From positions 112,344,001 through 112,408,000 of the forward strand of contig NC_043002.1 of NCBI RefSeq assembly GCF_006345805.1: a stretch of DNA of 64,000 nucleotides. Direction: 5' to 3'. A program made the translations under genes and the position numbers. Shown here one piece after another: positions 1-13,382 of this stretch. The stretch comes from Octopus sinensis (lineage: Eukaryota). The notes under the pieces were generated by a model. That model was given only the letters and a program-made list of their open reading frames with translations. It had not been told where the DNA came from and made no database searches. How positions within the stretch are numbered: the stretch's first letter is position 1; the number at the start of each line of letters is the position of its first letter.

Positions 1-115
1 TTGTGGGGGTGGGTGGTGGTGGTGTGGTGGGTGGGATGGTGGTGGTGGGGTGGTGGTGTTTTGGTGTGGTGGTGGTGGTGGTGGTGTTGGTGGTGTTGGT
101 GGTGGTGGGTGGATA
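1..115. repeat. Degenerate (GGT)n G-rich microsatellite
   Basis: Direct reading: imperfect ggt/gtg repeats from the window start. Confidence 0.9.
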
Positions 116-1074
116 AGGAGGAGGAGGAGGAGAAAGAGCCTATTGTTGGTTTTTGTTAAAAAGTGTCTTCCACTCTAGAGTCTCTATTTGTTACTATTTC
201 TATATCTATTTTTATTGCTTAGTTGTGTTGTTGTTGTTGTTGTTGTTGTTATTGTGGTTGACGCAGCTGTTCCTATTATTGTTGCTGTTATTGCTATTGC
301 TATTATTTCTTTTGCAATCCGTATTTGGCGTTTTCGTAGTGCCACAAGTTCATCCTTCCATCTACTCATATTTTTTTCCACCCGCAGCCACTTTACAGTT
401 TTCATAAAAGTGAATTCATCATTTGTTCACTGATGAGAAGAGTTGCCACCCTCTCTTTAATTTCCTTGTCAGGCAAAGCACATACATAATTAGGGGTCAG
501 AATGAAGGGAACCAACAGTGTTTGTAAGCTAGTGTTATCTGTTGTACTGAGTGAGTATTATTTGGATGGCTGCGGTCACATTCTTGCGATTATTTAGCAC
601 GGAGGCAGCACGTGGAAACACTTTGCTTTATAATGTTTTATTTAGACTGAATGAAAGCTAATTGTCTCTATGAAAGAATGTGGTTACAGTCATTGTTTTC
701 ATTCACTCTCTTTCTTTCTCCCAGTCTATAAAAAAAGTCATAGATGCAACACGCCCGCGCAAACACGTATATGTATATATGTATGTAAGTATATATACAT
801 AAAGAGATTGAGAGAGAGAGAGATGGTAGATATGATATATGTGTGTGCGTGTGTGTGTGCATGTCTGCATTTGTATGCATGTTCGTGTATGTACACATCA
901 ATTAAGGATATCTATAGCTTTTGAATGCTGTAATTCTGTCTTTCTGTGTGTGTGTGTGTTGATGTATATACTCATTACAGATATAGGGTAGAAAAGAATT
1001 AACGGTCTTTTGGCTGCTATTTCTAAATTTTCGCTATGTGGTCAAGGAACTTGTTGCTATAGAGAGAGAGAGAA

Positions 1075-1125
<51 letters not shown>

Positions 1126-1311
1126 TGGTTTTACACGCATGATTGTATTTCTATATGTTAATGGTTTCTTGTTATTCCACAAGGAGGCTGTATCTTGAAC
1201 GTAGTATAATGTGTCTAAGACGACGCACTTACATATACAGAAACATAGTGATGCAAACACATGCACATACATATATCTAAAACACACACCGACATACACA
1301 GTCGCACACAA

Positions 1312-1353
<42 letters not shown>

Positions 1354-1477
1354 ACACATAAATGGAGATTAGCATAAATGTACTATATTTCCCAGTCAGA
1401 AATAAATAATGCCCCATTTGTAGAAACACTATTGGTCTTTGAAGGAAATTTTTGTAGACAAATTCCTTATATCATAA

Positions 1478-1620
1478 ACGTAGGCATGAGGCTTGTTTCC
1501 CATCCACATGGTTCCTGGTTCAGTCCCACTGTGTGGCACCTTGGGCAAGTGACTTCTTCTATACCCTTGGGCCGACCAAAGCCTTGTGAATGGACTTGGT
1601 TGACAGAAACTGAAAGAAGC
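1478..1620 (+). mobile_element. SINE family C, 5' half (tRNA-like head and body)
   Basis: ccacatggttcctggttcagtcccactgtgtggcaccttgggcaagtg...gaaactgaaagaagc matches the reverse complement of the copies at 24404-24771 and 37601-38024. Confidence 0.8.
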
Positions 1621-1644
1621 TACACACACACACGTATATATATA

Positions 1645-1978
1645 GGGAGAATTCACAAAAAACAAAAGACGAAGACAGGTGGTGTAGACAAGAAACAGAT
1701 GTATTAGTTTAACGCTCAGGAAGTGGAAAAAACTCTTTAACGTTTCAAGCCTACGCTTTTCCACAGAAACGAACACAGAAAGAAACAAGGAGAGAAAAAA
1801 AGAATGTGTAGTGACAAGTGAGGACATCATCAACTGTGTAAACAACATGAAGTACGAAAACAAACAAGTTAAATACGCAAACAACGTATTTAACGGGAGA
1901 TAAATGGAAGAGTAACACGGAGAACGACCTTTCATTAGCTGTCGGCTGTCTATCTACTCCTTATTTCGAGCACTCAAT
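1645..1978 (-). mobile_element. Penelope-like terminal-repeat fragment with hammerhead-like motif
   Basis: Similar to 57383-57595 and to part of 49020-49535; carries an HHR-like fold at 1735-1770; flanked by microsatellite. Confidence 0.6.
1735..1770 (-). ncRNA. Minimal hammerhead-like motif, variant core CUGUGGA
   Basis: Minus strand reads guuu-CUGUGGA-a-aagc(guag)gcuu-GAAA-cg-UU-aaag: 3-bp stem I, 4-bp stem II, palindromic ACGU stem III. Confidence 0.5.
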
Positions 1979-1999
1979 ACCCCCCCCCACACACACATA

Positions 2000-2245
<246 letters not shown>

Positions 2246-2249
2246 GCCA

Positions 2250-2469
2250 GCGGTGAGCTGGCAGAACGTTAGCACGCCGGGCGAAATGCGTAGCCGTATT
2301 TCGTCCACCGTTACGTTCTGAGTTCAAATTCCGCCGAGGTCGACATTGCGTTTCATCTTTCGGGTCGATAAATAAAGTACCAGTTACGCACTGGGGTCGA
2401 TGTAATCGACTTAATCCCTTTGTCTGTCCTTTTTGTCCCCTCTATATTTAGCCTTTGTGGGCAGTAAAG

Positions 2470-2472
<3 letters not shown>
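2250..2472 (+). mobile_element. SINE family B (tRNA-derived, about 225 bp)
   Basis: A-box-like tggcagaacg, B-box-like gagttcaaattcc, tail ttagcctttgtgggcagtaaagaaa; many copies in the window. Confidence 0.9.
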
Positions 2473-2519
<47 letters not shown>

Positions 2520-2534
2520 CGCGTTTGCCCGTGT

Positions 2535-2752
2535 TGTGCCTATGTTTGTCTCGCACCACCGCTTGACAGCTGTGTTGGTGTTACGTCCCCGTAACCAACT
2601 GGTTCGGGGGAAAAGGAACGATAAAATAAGTATCAGGCTGAACAAAAGAACAAGTGTTGGAGTCGACAGGTTCGACTAAAAATTCTTTAATGCCGCACGC
2701 CATCATGGCCGCAGTCTATTGACTGATACGGGTAAATGATAAAAGATGAAAG
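2535..2752 (+). mobile_element. SINE family C, diverged 3' half
   Basis: gcttgacagc...ttacgtccccgtaac...aataagta...tcgactaa...catggccgcagtc matches the C-family 3' domain (compare 32420-32600). Confidence 0.7.
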
Positions 2753-3047
2753 ATACTAAGAGATTGGATGGTGAGGTATTCTACAATAGTTACAATAAGG
2801 TTAAAGGGTTCTTCAATAACTTACTCGCCGCAAATGTAGAAGAGAAGTCATCTTGCCGTGATACAGGAACATTTTTATCGCCAGTTTATCATAATACTTT
2901 ACTAACCAAAAAATAAATGTTAAAATTACAGATACTTTGCTTTTGATGCAAGACAATTAGTTATGGCTGTCATTATTATTTATTAAATAACAGAATTGTT
3001 AAACACTGGACAAAATGTCATGCATTACTACGTATATCTAAGCGTTT

Positions 3048-3430
3048 GTGGAGGCGCAATGGCCCAGTGGTTAGGGCAGCGGACTCGCGGTCGTAGGATC
3101 GCGGTTTCGATTCCCAGACTGGGCATTGTGAGTGTTTATTGAGCGAAAACACCTAAAGCTCCACGAGGCTCCGGCAGGGGATGGTGGTGATCCCTGCTGT
3201 ACTCTTTCACCACAACTTTCTCTCACTCTTACTTCTTGTTTCTGTTGTACCTGAATTTCAAAGGGCCGGCCTTGTCACTCTCTGTGTCACGCTGAATATC
3301 CCCGAGAACTACGTTAAGGGTACACGTGTCTCTGGAGTGCTCAGGCACTTACACGTTAATTTCACGAGCAGGCTGTTCCGTTGATCGGATCAACCGGAAC
3401 CCTCGTCGTCGTAACCGACAGAGTGCTTCC
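3048..3430 (+). mobile_element. SINE family A, full length, 12-bp TSD
   Basis: A box tggcccagtgg, B box ggtttcgattccc; TSD atctaagcgttt at 3036-3047 and 3431-3442. Confidence 0.92.
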
Positions 3431-4243
3431 ATCTAAGCGTTTAGTTGGACCTTTCACTCGGTCGAATATATTCCTATCCCTTGCGCTGCCATGTCAAGTG
3501 AAAATCTAGCATTTATATAGATGACTGTTTCCTTCCTCAAACTTTGCCATCTTCTACTTCGAGGGACCAAATACCTTGCGGTTATTTACTCCTCATTATT
3601 TCTATTTAAGTGCTGGGTCGATGGTATCGACTTCTCCACTATCCTAAATTCTAGGCTTTGCTATGTTAAAAATAATTATTATTACAACAGAAAACAATGA
3701 ACAACTGAAATAGTAGGGTAGAAGTTTCGAAACTGTGTGTGCTCCACTTAAGTGTCGCCGATAATCTCTATTGTGCCTCAGGAAATTAAGTCAAGAAGTC
3801 TGATTAATTATTTTGAATATTAGGCTGAGATCTAAGATCGAGGTTTGATAAATTTACAAACAATTAAGCATGTGAGTGATGAAATGAGATGCGATTTTTA
3901 ATTGCTGACAAGTGGTAAGTTTTGAAAATGACAGAGGGATAGATAATGAAATAAAGGTCTCAATATTGAAGATCCTGCCAAACTCTCAAGAATTGAATTC
4001 TTCATATCAAGTTCATGTATTCTATTGAATTCTTTCTTTAGATGACTTTTTTGTTTTCTTTTGCATTATTATGTCAGGAATAAGTTCATTTTTAAAAGGT
4101 GTTTCTCTAAGGCAAACAATTGAAAAGCTCTGCGTTTTAGTATTTATCTACGTCCCTTTTAAAGTTTTTAGTTCAAATACCCCTCTTAGGCAAGTTGGTT
4201 TTTGATTCTTCTAGGCTGACGAAATATGTACTTGTCAAGCATT

Positions 4244-4630
4244 GATGGAAGCACTCCGTCGGTTACGACGATGAGGGTTCCGGTTGATCCGATCAACGGA
4301 ACAGCCTGCTCGTGAAATTAACGTGTAAGTGGCTGAGCACTCCACAGACACGTGTACCTTTAACGTAGTTCTCGGGGATATTCAGCGTGACACAGAGAGT
4401 GACAAGGCCGGCCGTTTGAAATACAGGTACAACAGAAACAGGAAGTAAGAGTGAGAGAAAGTTGTGGTGAAAGAGTACAGCAGGGATCACCACCATCCCC
4501 TGCCGGAGCCTCGTGAAGCTTTAGGTGTTTTCGCTCAATAAACACTCACAACGCCCGGTCTGGGAATCGAAACCGCGATCCTACGACCGCGAGTCCGCTG
4601 CCCTAACCACTGGGCCATTGCGCCGCCACA
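4244..4630 (-). mobile_element. SINE family A, full length, 11-bp TSD
   Basis: Reverse complement of 3048-3430; TSD tgtcaagcatt at 4233-4243 and 4631-4641. Confidence 0.92.
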
Positions 4631-5088
4631 TGTCAAGCATTAAGATCAGCAACAAAACTCAATCTTTTGCAAGAATAGAAGACCAAATCTGCGGCCGAAG
4701 GATAAAAACCCTACTTCTTCCCACTAGTCTACTAGTCCCTAAAAAGAGCCATGGACAAATACTGCATGATAGCATCGACTTCTGCGCTTGAATGGTATTT
4801 TGTTTAATCGAAATCAACTCCTCCAAAATTCGTGATCTTCTCATGTTATGAGCCATAATTATTATCCAGATTTCCATCTTATACGGTCTAAAACATGTCA
4901 ACCTGGTAGAACGGCATATAAAAATATGCTAGACATCACCAGTGTTAAGTTTGCCTTCCACCCTGCAGGAGCAGCGCCAGCCGTATATATATATATATCT
5001 CATTTACTGATCAATCACTGATCTACATTTCGAATGTTTGAAATTATGCCAATTTAAGAAACCACTACTCCTGCTGCTGCTGCTGCTG

Positions 5089-5132
<44 letters not shown>

Positions 5133-6630
5133 GCCACTGCTGCTGCTGCTGTTGTTGTTGTTGTTGTTGCTCTCAGACATATCATTCAAGAATAAGGCAG
5201 GGAAATTGAATTCCAGTATGTCCTGTCATATTTCCTGACAATGGATATTATTCTCAGTGCCCAATGAAAGACTTCCAGACTGGTTTGGAGTCAGCATGGA
5301 AGTCATTCAGCAGCTCACAAGAGATTGTCAGTTTTCGCGTTCACACCTTCCAAAGTATTGATCCAGGTATGGTTGATTAGGTTGAGCCAACAGTTGTTAA
5401 CTGATAGATTTTTAAAAATTATGGCGCAATACCGATGATACTATACGAACCACCAACCTATTGACTCGATTTTAGCGCTTCCTCGGCAGAAGAAAGAAAA
5501 CCAATAAAGGAGGCATCTGCTGGATTTATTACATTCGTTTATCATATTATTGGCTATCAACTGTTTGTTGTTCTTTAACATTGTTCGAAGTTTCCTACGA
5601 ATTTCTTTTATCACTCTAATCCAATTATATGGCCTTCTAGTTTATTTAAGCATTTAATCCTAATATCTGCTATTTCCTTTTTACATTGGAAGCGATCTCT
5701 TCAAAGAAATGGTTTCAGTTCCTCCTTTCTAAAATCTTCTGTTAAGAGATATTGTCCGAACATCGATAGAGAAGCTAATCAACAATTCAGTCAATATGAT
5801 GAAAGCGTTTCAGTTCGAAGAGGTCATTATCAGAGAAGTATATGATAACATCAACTTGCAGCAACTTGAACAACATTTTCTTGCAGATGCTGATCATATT
5901 TTATTATTGACGGCTCCCATGACAACAGAGCAAGGAAATGAAGTGCTTCTACGGTAACCAAGCTTGTCATCCACGGTGAAGCTGTTCTCTATAGAAAGGT
6001 CAATATGAGCAGGTTCTTCTTTGGCTCACTGCTAGACAAGCTGATAAACGCAAAATCTCAGTCGAACTTATCAATATGACGTAGTTAGCTGAGACGGTGA
6101 TGTTCTGAAAAACAAATAAGCTACTAAGAAATGGTAAACAAAACACTACTACCGCAGACATTTTGTAATGGCAACTTATATCGGCATATTTTGGTTTATA
6201 TAAAATCGATTGGGCAACTCTCTCTGGTCTGTTATGTGCAAATACAGTTTCTTGCCACCGAAACCAATATCTCTCATTTTTTCCAGACATGATATGACAT
6301 GCTGAGTTATTCAAGTATCAGTTTTACTTTAATTTTACTTTGTTTTCCTTAAGAATATGTTTTGCTATTACATCATCATTACTGCATGATTACATAACAG
6401 ATATTGCATATTTTCCAAGATTTGCAGATATCATTTCCCGTTTATCCATCAGATAAGCCATTTGTTTAGTCAGTATATATACTGTCTAAACAAATGCATG
6501 TTTATATGCAGATACAAAAAATAAAAGACAAGCATAAGTCCATAAATAGATATAAAATCAAACACACACAAGTCTTTATCAGCCAGGTGGTCAAAACATC
6601 TGTATATCTCTTAATATTTATTTACAGTAG

Positions 6631-6848
6631 AGCGACGAGCTGGCAGAATCGTAGGCATGCCGGGAAAATGCTTAGCGGCATTTCGTCCGTCTTTTAGCTC
6701 TGAATTTGAAATTCTGTACAGGTCGATTTCACCTTTCACTCTTTGGAGGTCGATAAAATAAGTACTAGTGAAGTACAGGGGTCGATGAAATCGACTTACC
6801 TCTTCCCCCGAGGTCGCTGACATTGTGCCAAAATTTGAAATCATTATT
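6631..6848 (+). mobile_element. SINE family B variant with alternative 3' tail
   Basis: B head and central gtcgat domain are present, but the tail ends ...ttgtgccaaaatttgaaatcattatta instead of ...cccttgtgggcaataaagaa. Confidence 0.7.
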
Positions 6849-9326
6849 TATTTGCAGTGAGAAAATCCCGTAGAATAAGAGAAAAGAGTAGAGAATCAAA
6901 GTTTGTCCATTTTCTTACCTCCTTTTTTATTTGCTCCGACAATCCTAAAATATGCCAAAGTGAGAAAAACAATAGTTCTTCATTGTCAATCACCATTCAA
7001 TTGAGAAAAGCAAACTTTCGGGGAGTCAAAATCATTATATTTGATATCTGATACAAAGGTCTTCGAGGGATGCATGAATAACATTCAGTCCCATTTCATT
7101 ATAAAGATGTGAAGAACCTATATTTCTTGTGCTCACAGTTTAACTGTAATATGTTATATACTAATATTCAAAATATATTCACGTGCACAGAAACAGAATA
7201 TACTTGATTCCATTTTATCATTCTGTGGTGTAATATAAATTTTGTTTATTAAAACACATCGGATGAAGAGAGAGACACTGATATTGTACTCAAGAGGTTG
7301 TGTAGACATCAACGTATCTACTGTAGTCAAAGGCTGAGTTTACAAAGCTTTATGTACGTACTTAACCGTGCAAGTGTATACGATGATAGAACTGTAAAGT
7401 TGATGAGAGTTTCATATAACGGATTTTAGAGGTTCCCATGAGTTTGGATTAGGTGAGAAGAGTCTAATCTAGTTTATGCATACGAAACAACGAGATAGCA
7501 TCTCGTAATCGCTCGGCCGGTGAGAACAGCAGTCAAATTTTATTCTAAAAACATCATAGTGTCTTAAAAAATGAGGCCAGATCAGATGATATAATCTTAG
7601 TTATACTATGTCTGAAAATAAGCTGACACCTGGAGTTCGCCTTCATCGTTGACTAAGTTTTATGCTAATAACATCGACAAATTATTTGTGTATAGTTTTT
7701 AGAAGGTTTGTGTCCCGGTAATCTGATCTTAGACAAACTCCTAAAGGGAACATGGAGCTCACTATATTCACAGATGGTCGAGTCAAACTATAAATTGAAA
7801 TGGTGGTTCGTATCCTGTCACCGGCACTGCTTGTTAGTCTTCCGACCCCAATTACATATATAACATGACAAGATATAGCAAGCAGATAAGAATCGGAGCG
7901 AGAAGCTACCGGTGAGTGAAAATTACGACTCAGATTACTTTATTCTCACATTCGGTGTAACATCCAATTGTTTTGAATATCACATTATTTTATATTCTTC
8001 CTAAAAGTTATATCGCTTTTTAAGATTTTTTTCTTGTTATTTAAAAAGAAACCAATTTTGGATGTCATTAATCCTAGTTTTGAACTCATATCTCACCAAG
8101 CCTGGATTTTGATTTTATGATACTGAAATAAATGAGATACCAGTAACATACTGGAAATAGATTTAATTAACAATATATGTACTTCGAAAAAGGCTGAGCT
8201 ACCACAGAAGATAGTTTGAGAGCCAGAAAGATTTTAATTTTGTCTTATTGTTTTCTAAGCAGAAATCATAACTTATTAGTTTCATGACACAGGGTTCACT
8301 TACTTAAATACCAGTAATACACTGAAATTGCCTCAATCAATAATAGATTTTGTTAATGAGAATTCGCCTTGTGCCAACGTAAGAAATTAATAGCTTACCA
8401 TAATTAGACGTACACATAAGCACACAAATAATACAAATACCAATATCGATCGACACATGCACACATAAACACACACCAACACTATACACACAAATATGCA
8501 CAACTTGCCACTCATATACATATAAAAATCAATACTCTGCTCACGAGATTTTAATTGTAAATGTCTGCAAAGTCGTTATTATTCCGCCATCCATTGCATA
8601 GACTTGTGGTGGGGTTTTTTGTAGTAAGTGTATTTATTAAACTTGCAATTAATAGCTGACTGAGACGAATAAATTCTTTATGATATTTCACTTGTATTTT
8701 TTGTTTTCTTTATGAATTGCTTCTCCAACTTGCTATTGTTGCACATCAAGAACAACTTCTTTATTATTAGAAAACAAATCAATTCTAAAACATCCAGACT
8801 CAGCAGAAATTTACAATAAAATATGACTTTCAAAAGAATGGTGGTAGTAAAGGTTTAATCATTAAGAATCTAAGATCCGAAGAAATTAACCCAAAGATGA
8901 GATTATAAGGACCGGGCAGTGAGAAATATTACTTTTCAGGATCTTATTCTCTTCAACAGAGAGTAGAGCAAAACGAAGGTGTTCATCATGTGGTTGTCAT
9001 CAGTCGATGATGAGAGAGGATGCATTGAAAAAGTTGATTTCCCCCATGACAAAAGACGGCCAAAGAGAGGCTGTGTGAGAGAAACTGAAAACCTGGGGAG
9101 CGAAAACAATATTAATAAATGCGAGTTCAAGTAATTAATTTCATACAGTTCACAGAAACAGAGTAGAGTGCTAAGAATGGGGTTGTATTTTCTTCACTTC
9201 TGAAGAGTCTCGGGCGATAAACCTTCATCCAGGAACAGAATACAAAGAGGGATGGGGGATAATTGCCGACAGAAGTAACACATCTGAATATTATTTCTCA
9301 ACACTTAATGTGGTATTGTATATATT

Positions 9327-9555
9327 TATTTCTTTATTGCCCACAAGGGACTAAACATAGAGGGGACAAACAAGGACAGACAAAGGGATTAAGTCGATTA
9401 CATCGACCCCAGTGCGAAACTGGTACTTTATTTATCGACCCCGAAAGGATGAAAGGCAAAGTCGACCTCGGCGGAATTTGAACTCACAACGTAACGCAGA
9501 CGAAATACCGCTAAGCATTTCGCCTGGCGCGTTAACGTGTCTGCAAGCTCGCCGC
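9327..9555 (-). mobile_element. SINE family B, 12-bp TSD
   Basis: Reverse complement of B; TSD attgtatatatt at 9315-9326 and 9556-9567. Confidence 0.9.
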
Positions 9556-10362
9556 ATTGTATATATTATGTGTATATATATGTATATTTTGGGGACTTCC
9601 GCATTGTAATAGAGAACAAAAACTACACACTCTACGTATGTGTTGTTGTCAGAGACACACAAGTTGAATTTGAGGATTTACTAAAACTAAAACTAAAGAG
9701 GGACAGAGATTACTCATGTAGCATTCAGAGAAGTAACTCGGCTGCAACTGTTTGAAGAAGAAATTACAAAGAAAGAAATCGATGTCGGTCATAGTAAACG
9801 TTTTGGCGACAAAGTTGACAGGGAACCAGATAGCCAGCTCAATAATGGCTTCGTGATTAAGACATTAAGCGCTTAACAATCCTCCCTATTGTGATATAAA
9901 CAGGTTTCACATATTAAACGTATCGTTCTTACCCATATCTTTTAGAACTATCGTCCTACTTGTCTGTGTGACAAACACATACACTCTGATGACGAAGCTC
10001 TCAGCAATACCCTAATGGACTAAAGAGTCGATCAGTGTTCTTCTCTTATGTGCTTTGGAGAGAGACCGTAGTTGCATCATTAGGAGAGCGGCTTGACAAT
10101 GTAAATGTCCACAAACTAATTTACTTAAATGTAATATTACGTAATAAATAGTCCACCTAACTATTAAATAATATATTGTCTTACAAAAATAATTCTCAAA
10201 TTAAATTATATGTAATACGTTAAATCACATTATGAAAATGATAATAATGCATAATAAATAAATAGATATGCATATCATAACTAATAATTATCAAGAAATT
10301 ATATATAAATTAATATTTTAAAAACAACAACAACAACAACAACAACAACAATAATAATAATA

Positions 10363-10404
<42 letters not shown>

Positions 10405-10527
10405 CAAACTTAATATAATTTAAATGTTAAATAAAATAATATAAATATAAATTACTTATTGAGTAAAAGACTTTATTTAGATGCTTATTAAATAAATAAA
10501 TAAATTAATTAATAATTTAATTTAATG

Positions 10528-10727
10528 TTACGGAGATGTACTTGCATAGCAAGTAATTTGATCTGAGATCGTGTGCTGGAACGAAAACAATTGCAGCGTG
10601 GAAGGTGTTTGTAAGCTATTTAAAAAACACACAAAAGCCGTTCGACTCACTTAAGTGTTGAAGTGAATCGAATGGCTTTTGTGTGTTTCTTAAATGGCTT
10701 ACAAACACCTTCCACGCTGCAATTGTT
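10528..10727. mobile_element. Penelope-like terminal fragment with fold-back (67-bp arms, 8-nt loop)
   Basis: 10586-10652 is the inverted repeat of 10661-10727; 10528-10652 matches 43122-43247. Confidence 0.7.
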
Positions 10728-10784
10728 AATTTAATGTATATAGATTAAATTATAGTATTTTGTTTTCACTTAATGTATATTTTG

Positions 10785-10869
<85 letters not shown>

Positions 10870-11262
10870 AAAACACCTTTTATCAATTCAATAATGAAAA
10901 ATTAAATTATACCATTTAGAAAAATTACACATTATAGAAAGATTAAATATAAGATAAAGCATATAACAATGATTAAGTAATGTGCAAAATAATAAATAAA
11001 ACGTATATATTTGGTAGAATAACGACACGTGTTTCGTGGCTATATTTAAGAATTGATAATAGTAATAATAATAGTAGTAGTAGTAAAATCACTTCAATAT
11101 AAATATAGCCACTCTTCAGGTTAAAGATAAAAACAATAAAATAAGGAATTAGATAAAATACTAAATATACGTAAATAATCTTGTAAAATACGAAATATCT
11201 TAACAAATATATTCTTGTTTAAATAAAAAAAATAGAATAAAAAATATTTTTTATTCTAGCAA

Positions 11263-11308
11263 AAACTGTCCGATGAACGGCAACGGGAAACTCAGAGTAA
11301 TAGGTTTT
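11263..11308 (+). ncRNA. Minimal hammerhead-like motif, core CCGAUGA, in a PLE-type repeat
   Basis: acugu-CCGAUGA-acg(gcaa)cgg-GAAA-cuc(a)gag-UA-auagg; sister copy at 19463-19505; both are followed by aataaa and (TA)n. Confidence 0.5.
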
Positions 11309-11418
11309 GTTGAATTTTCTGCTGCTTTAAATAAAGTATATATATATATATATATATATAGATATAGATATAGATTCATACATACATGAATACATACATA
11401 CATACATACATACATACA

Positions 11419-11452
<34 letters not shown>

Positions 11453-11465
11453 CATATATACATGT

Positions 11466-11550
11466 AAGAAAAAATTAAATGAAATGTTTTGTAAATATTT
11501 CCATAGTCTTCAAATAAGACCCGCTACCAGCTGCCGATCCTTCACAAAGG

Positions 11551-11600
<50 letters not shown>

Positions 11601-11775
11601 GACAGACAGACAGATAGACAGAAAATGGAAAATATGCTACTTATTTGAAGACTATGGAAATACTTGAAAAACATTTCATTTAATTTTTCTCCAATTTCAT
11701 ACTTTCTTCTTAATTACTATCCACCTTTGTTTTACTCTCAGTTGAAAAAATCGGAAAGACAGAAACCGGTACTAA
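11466..11775. mobile_element. PLE-type inverted-repeat element with degenerate U3-A8 hammerhead
   Basis: About 11467-11518 is inverted relative to about 11640-11691 around a (GA)n spacer; cag-TTGAAAA...GAAAccggTActa at 11739-11774 is related to 58825-58870. Confidence 0.5.
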
Positions 11776-12006
11776 CCGTCATAAAATGTATTTGATAAAA
11801 TTATACGTTGTTTATCACGCAGCTTTGCAATAAGTTCCAAGTCTACAAATTATATCATTGTTTTGATGAAAATTATTCATTACTTGAAAAATATTGTTCA
11901 TATTTAATAAAATTTAAAATTTACTCAATGCATGAAGTGTCATTGTTGGGCCACAGGAGCTAATTTAAAAGCCACCCGATGGGCAGCTATTAAGCTAGTA
12001 TATATA

Positions 12007-12044
<38 letters not shown>

Positions 12045-12504
12045 GTATATATATATGTATGTATGTGTGAGTGTGTGTGCAACTATCTTCTAACTAATAT
12101 TGCTTAAGTTGTTATGTTGCTTTTGCAGATAACTAGCAACAGAATAATATGGCACAAAAGAAGGAGTAAAGTTCTACAAGAGTTGATCTCCTATGCTGGA
12201 CATTTCTTAGAGGCTCGTGACATATAAAATCTATCGATATCAAAATATTCTGATTGAGTATAAATTATGCTAATTATCTACCAATAATTTAGCCCTTTCT
12301 CAAACTATGAAGGTGAAAACATATATCAAAGTAATGTGATAAATTTTCAGAAATGAATAAAGTAATGTGGGACATATACTGCACCTTTTTTTAACATAGC
12401 ATCATTGGTTAGAAGTTTTCAACGGACCAATCACTGGTCGTGTTTCACTCACTGTATTTCCAATGATAAAATATGTTCTCTGCATTTCCTATGGTGTTAG
12501 TATT

Positions 12505-12742
12505 AATTTCTTTACTACCCACAAGGGGGCTAAACACAGAAGGGACAAACAAGGACAGACAAACAGATTAAGTCGATTACATCGACCCCAGTAGGTAACT
12601 GGTACTTAATTTATCGACCCCGAAAGAATGAAGGGTAAAGTCGACCTCGGCGGAATTTAAACTCAGAACGTAACGGCAGACAAAATATGGCTGTGCATTT
12701 CGCCCGGCGTGCTAACGTTTCTGCCAGCTTGCTGCATTTATT
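12505..12742 (-). mobile_element. SINE family B, 14-bp TSD
   Basis: TSD atggtgttagtatt at 12491-12504 and 12743-12756. Confidence 0.9.
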
Positions 12743-13343
12743 ATGGTGTTAGTATTGTCTGTGCAACTCGGATAGATTGAATACAGCAAGGATCTTCGTT
12801 TCGTTTCGTTTACTCCACTTATTTGTTGGTGAATATGCATATCTTTTGCAGATATACACTCAAAAACATGGTTCTAAAGCTAGTCATAGTCGCCACTGAG
12901 TGTGGCCCCTATCTGTATTTCCTTCCCCTTTCTCCTCTGAAATGTAGTATTTTCGTATCACGATCTTTCACAACTGGGAAGACATAATATTGCAAGATGA
13001 AAACTTTTACTTCCTAGAAACCGACACCGGCAGCGCGGGCTATATCAAATCGAGACTGCTCTCGTCAATAATACATGTTCCACGTGCCCTCACAAATTAG
13101 GAAACTTTGGAAATACCTGTTCTATTTCATTACTACAGACGCACATGATATCTCGATCGCTGCAACGAAAGGTTCAGTGTATGTCTGTGATTCTGAAGTT
13201 TGAGTCTTGACTAACGCTTGACAGAAAGAGGTGCAAAATGAAGCAACATATCAAATTTCGAAATATTTAAAATGTTTGAGCGACACTCGTCTCGCTCACC
13301 GTCTCGCTTGAGACTGTTAAACTAGTAAAAAACAAATAATAAT

Positions 13344-13382
<39 letters not shown>

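Noticed and set aside
3051-3120. tRNA gene calls for SINE heads
   Set aside because: A/B boxes are present but I see no complete cloverleaf, and each head continues into a repeat body with TSDs.
3181-3384. Recurrent 67-aa ORF MVVIPAVLFHH... (also 4293, 46421, 61902)
   Set aside because: It is an incidental frame inside SINE-A and recurs only because the SINE does.
5240-6330. Possible piggyBac-like transposase relic (minus-strand ENSFTVDDKL resembles TVDEQL)
   Set aside because: Only one weak motif, with no TIR or TTAA found; it needs a tBLASTn or HMM search.
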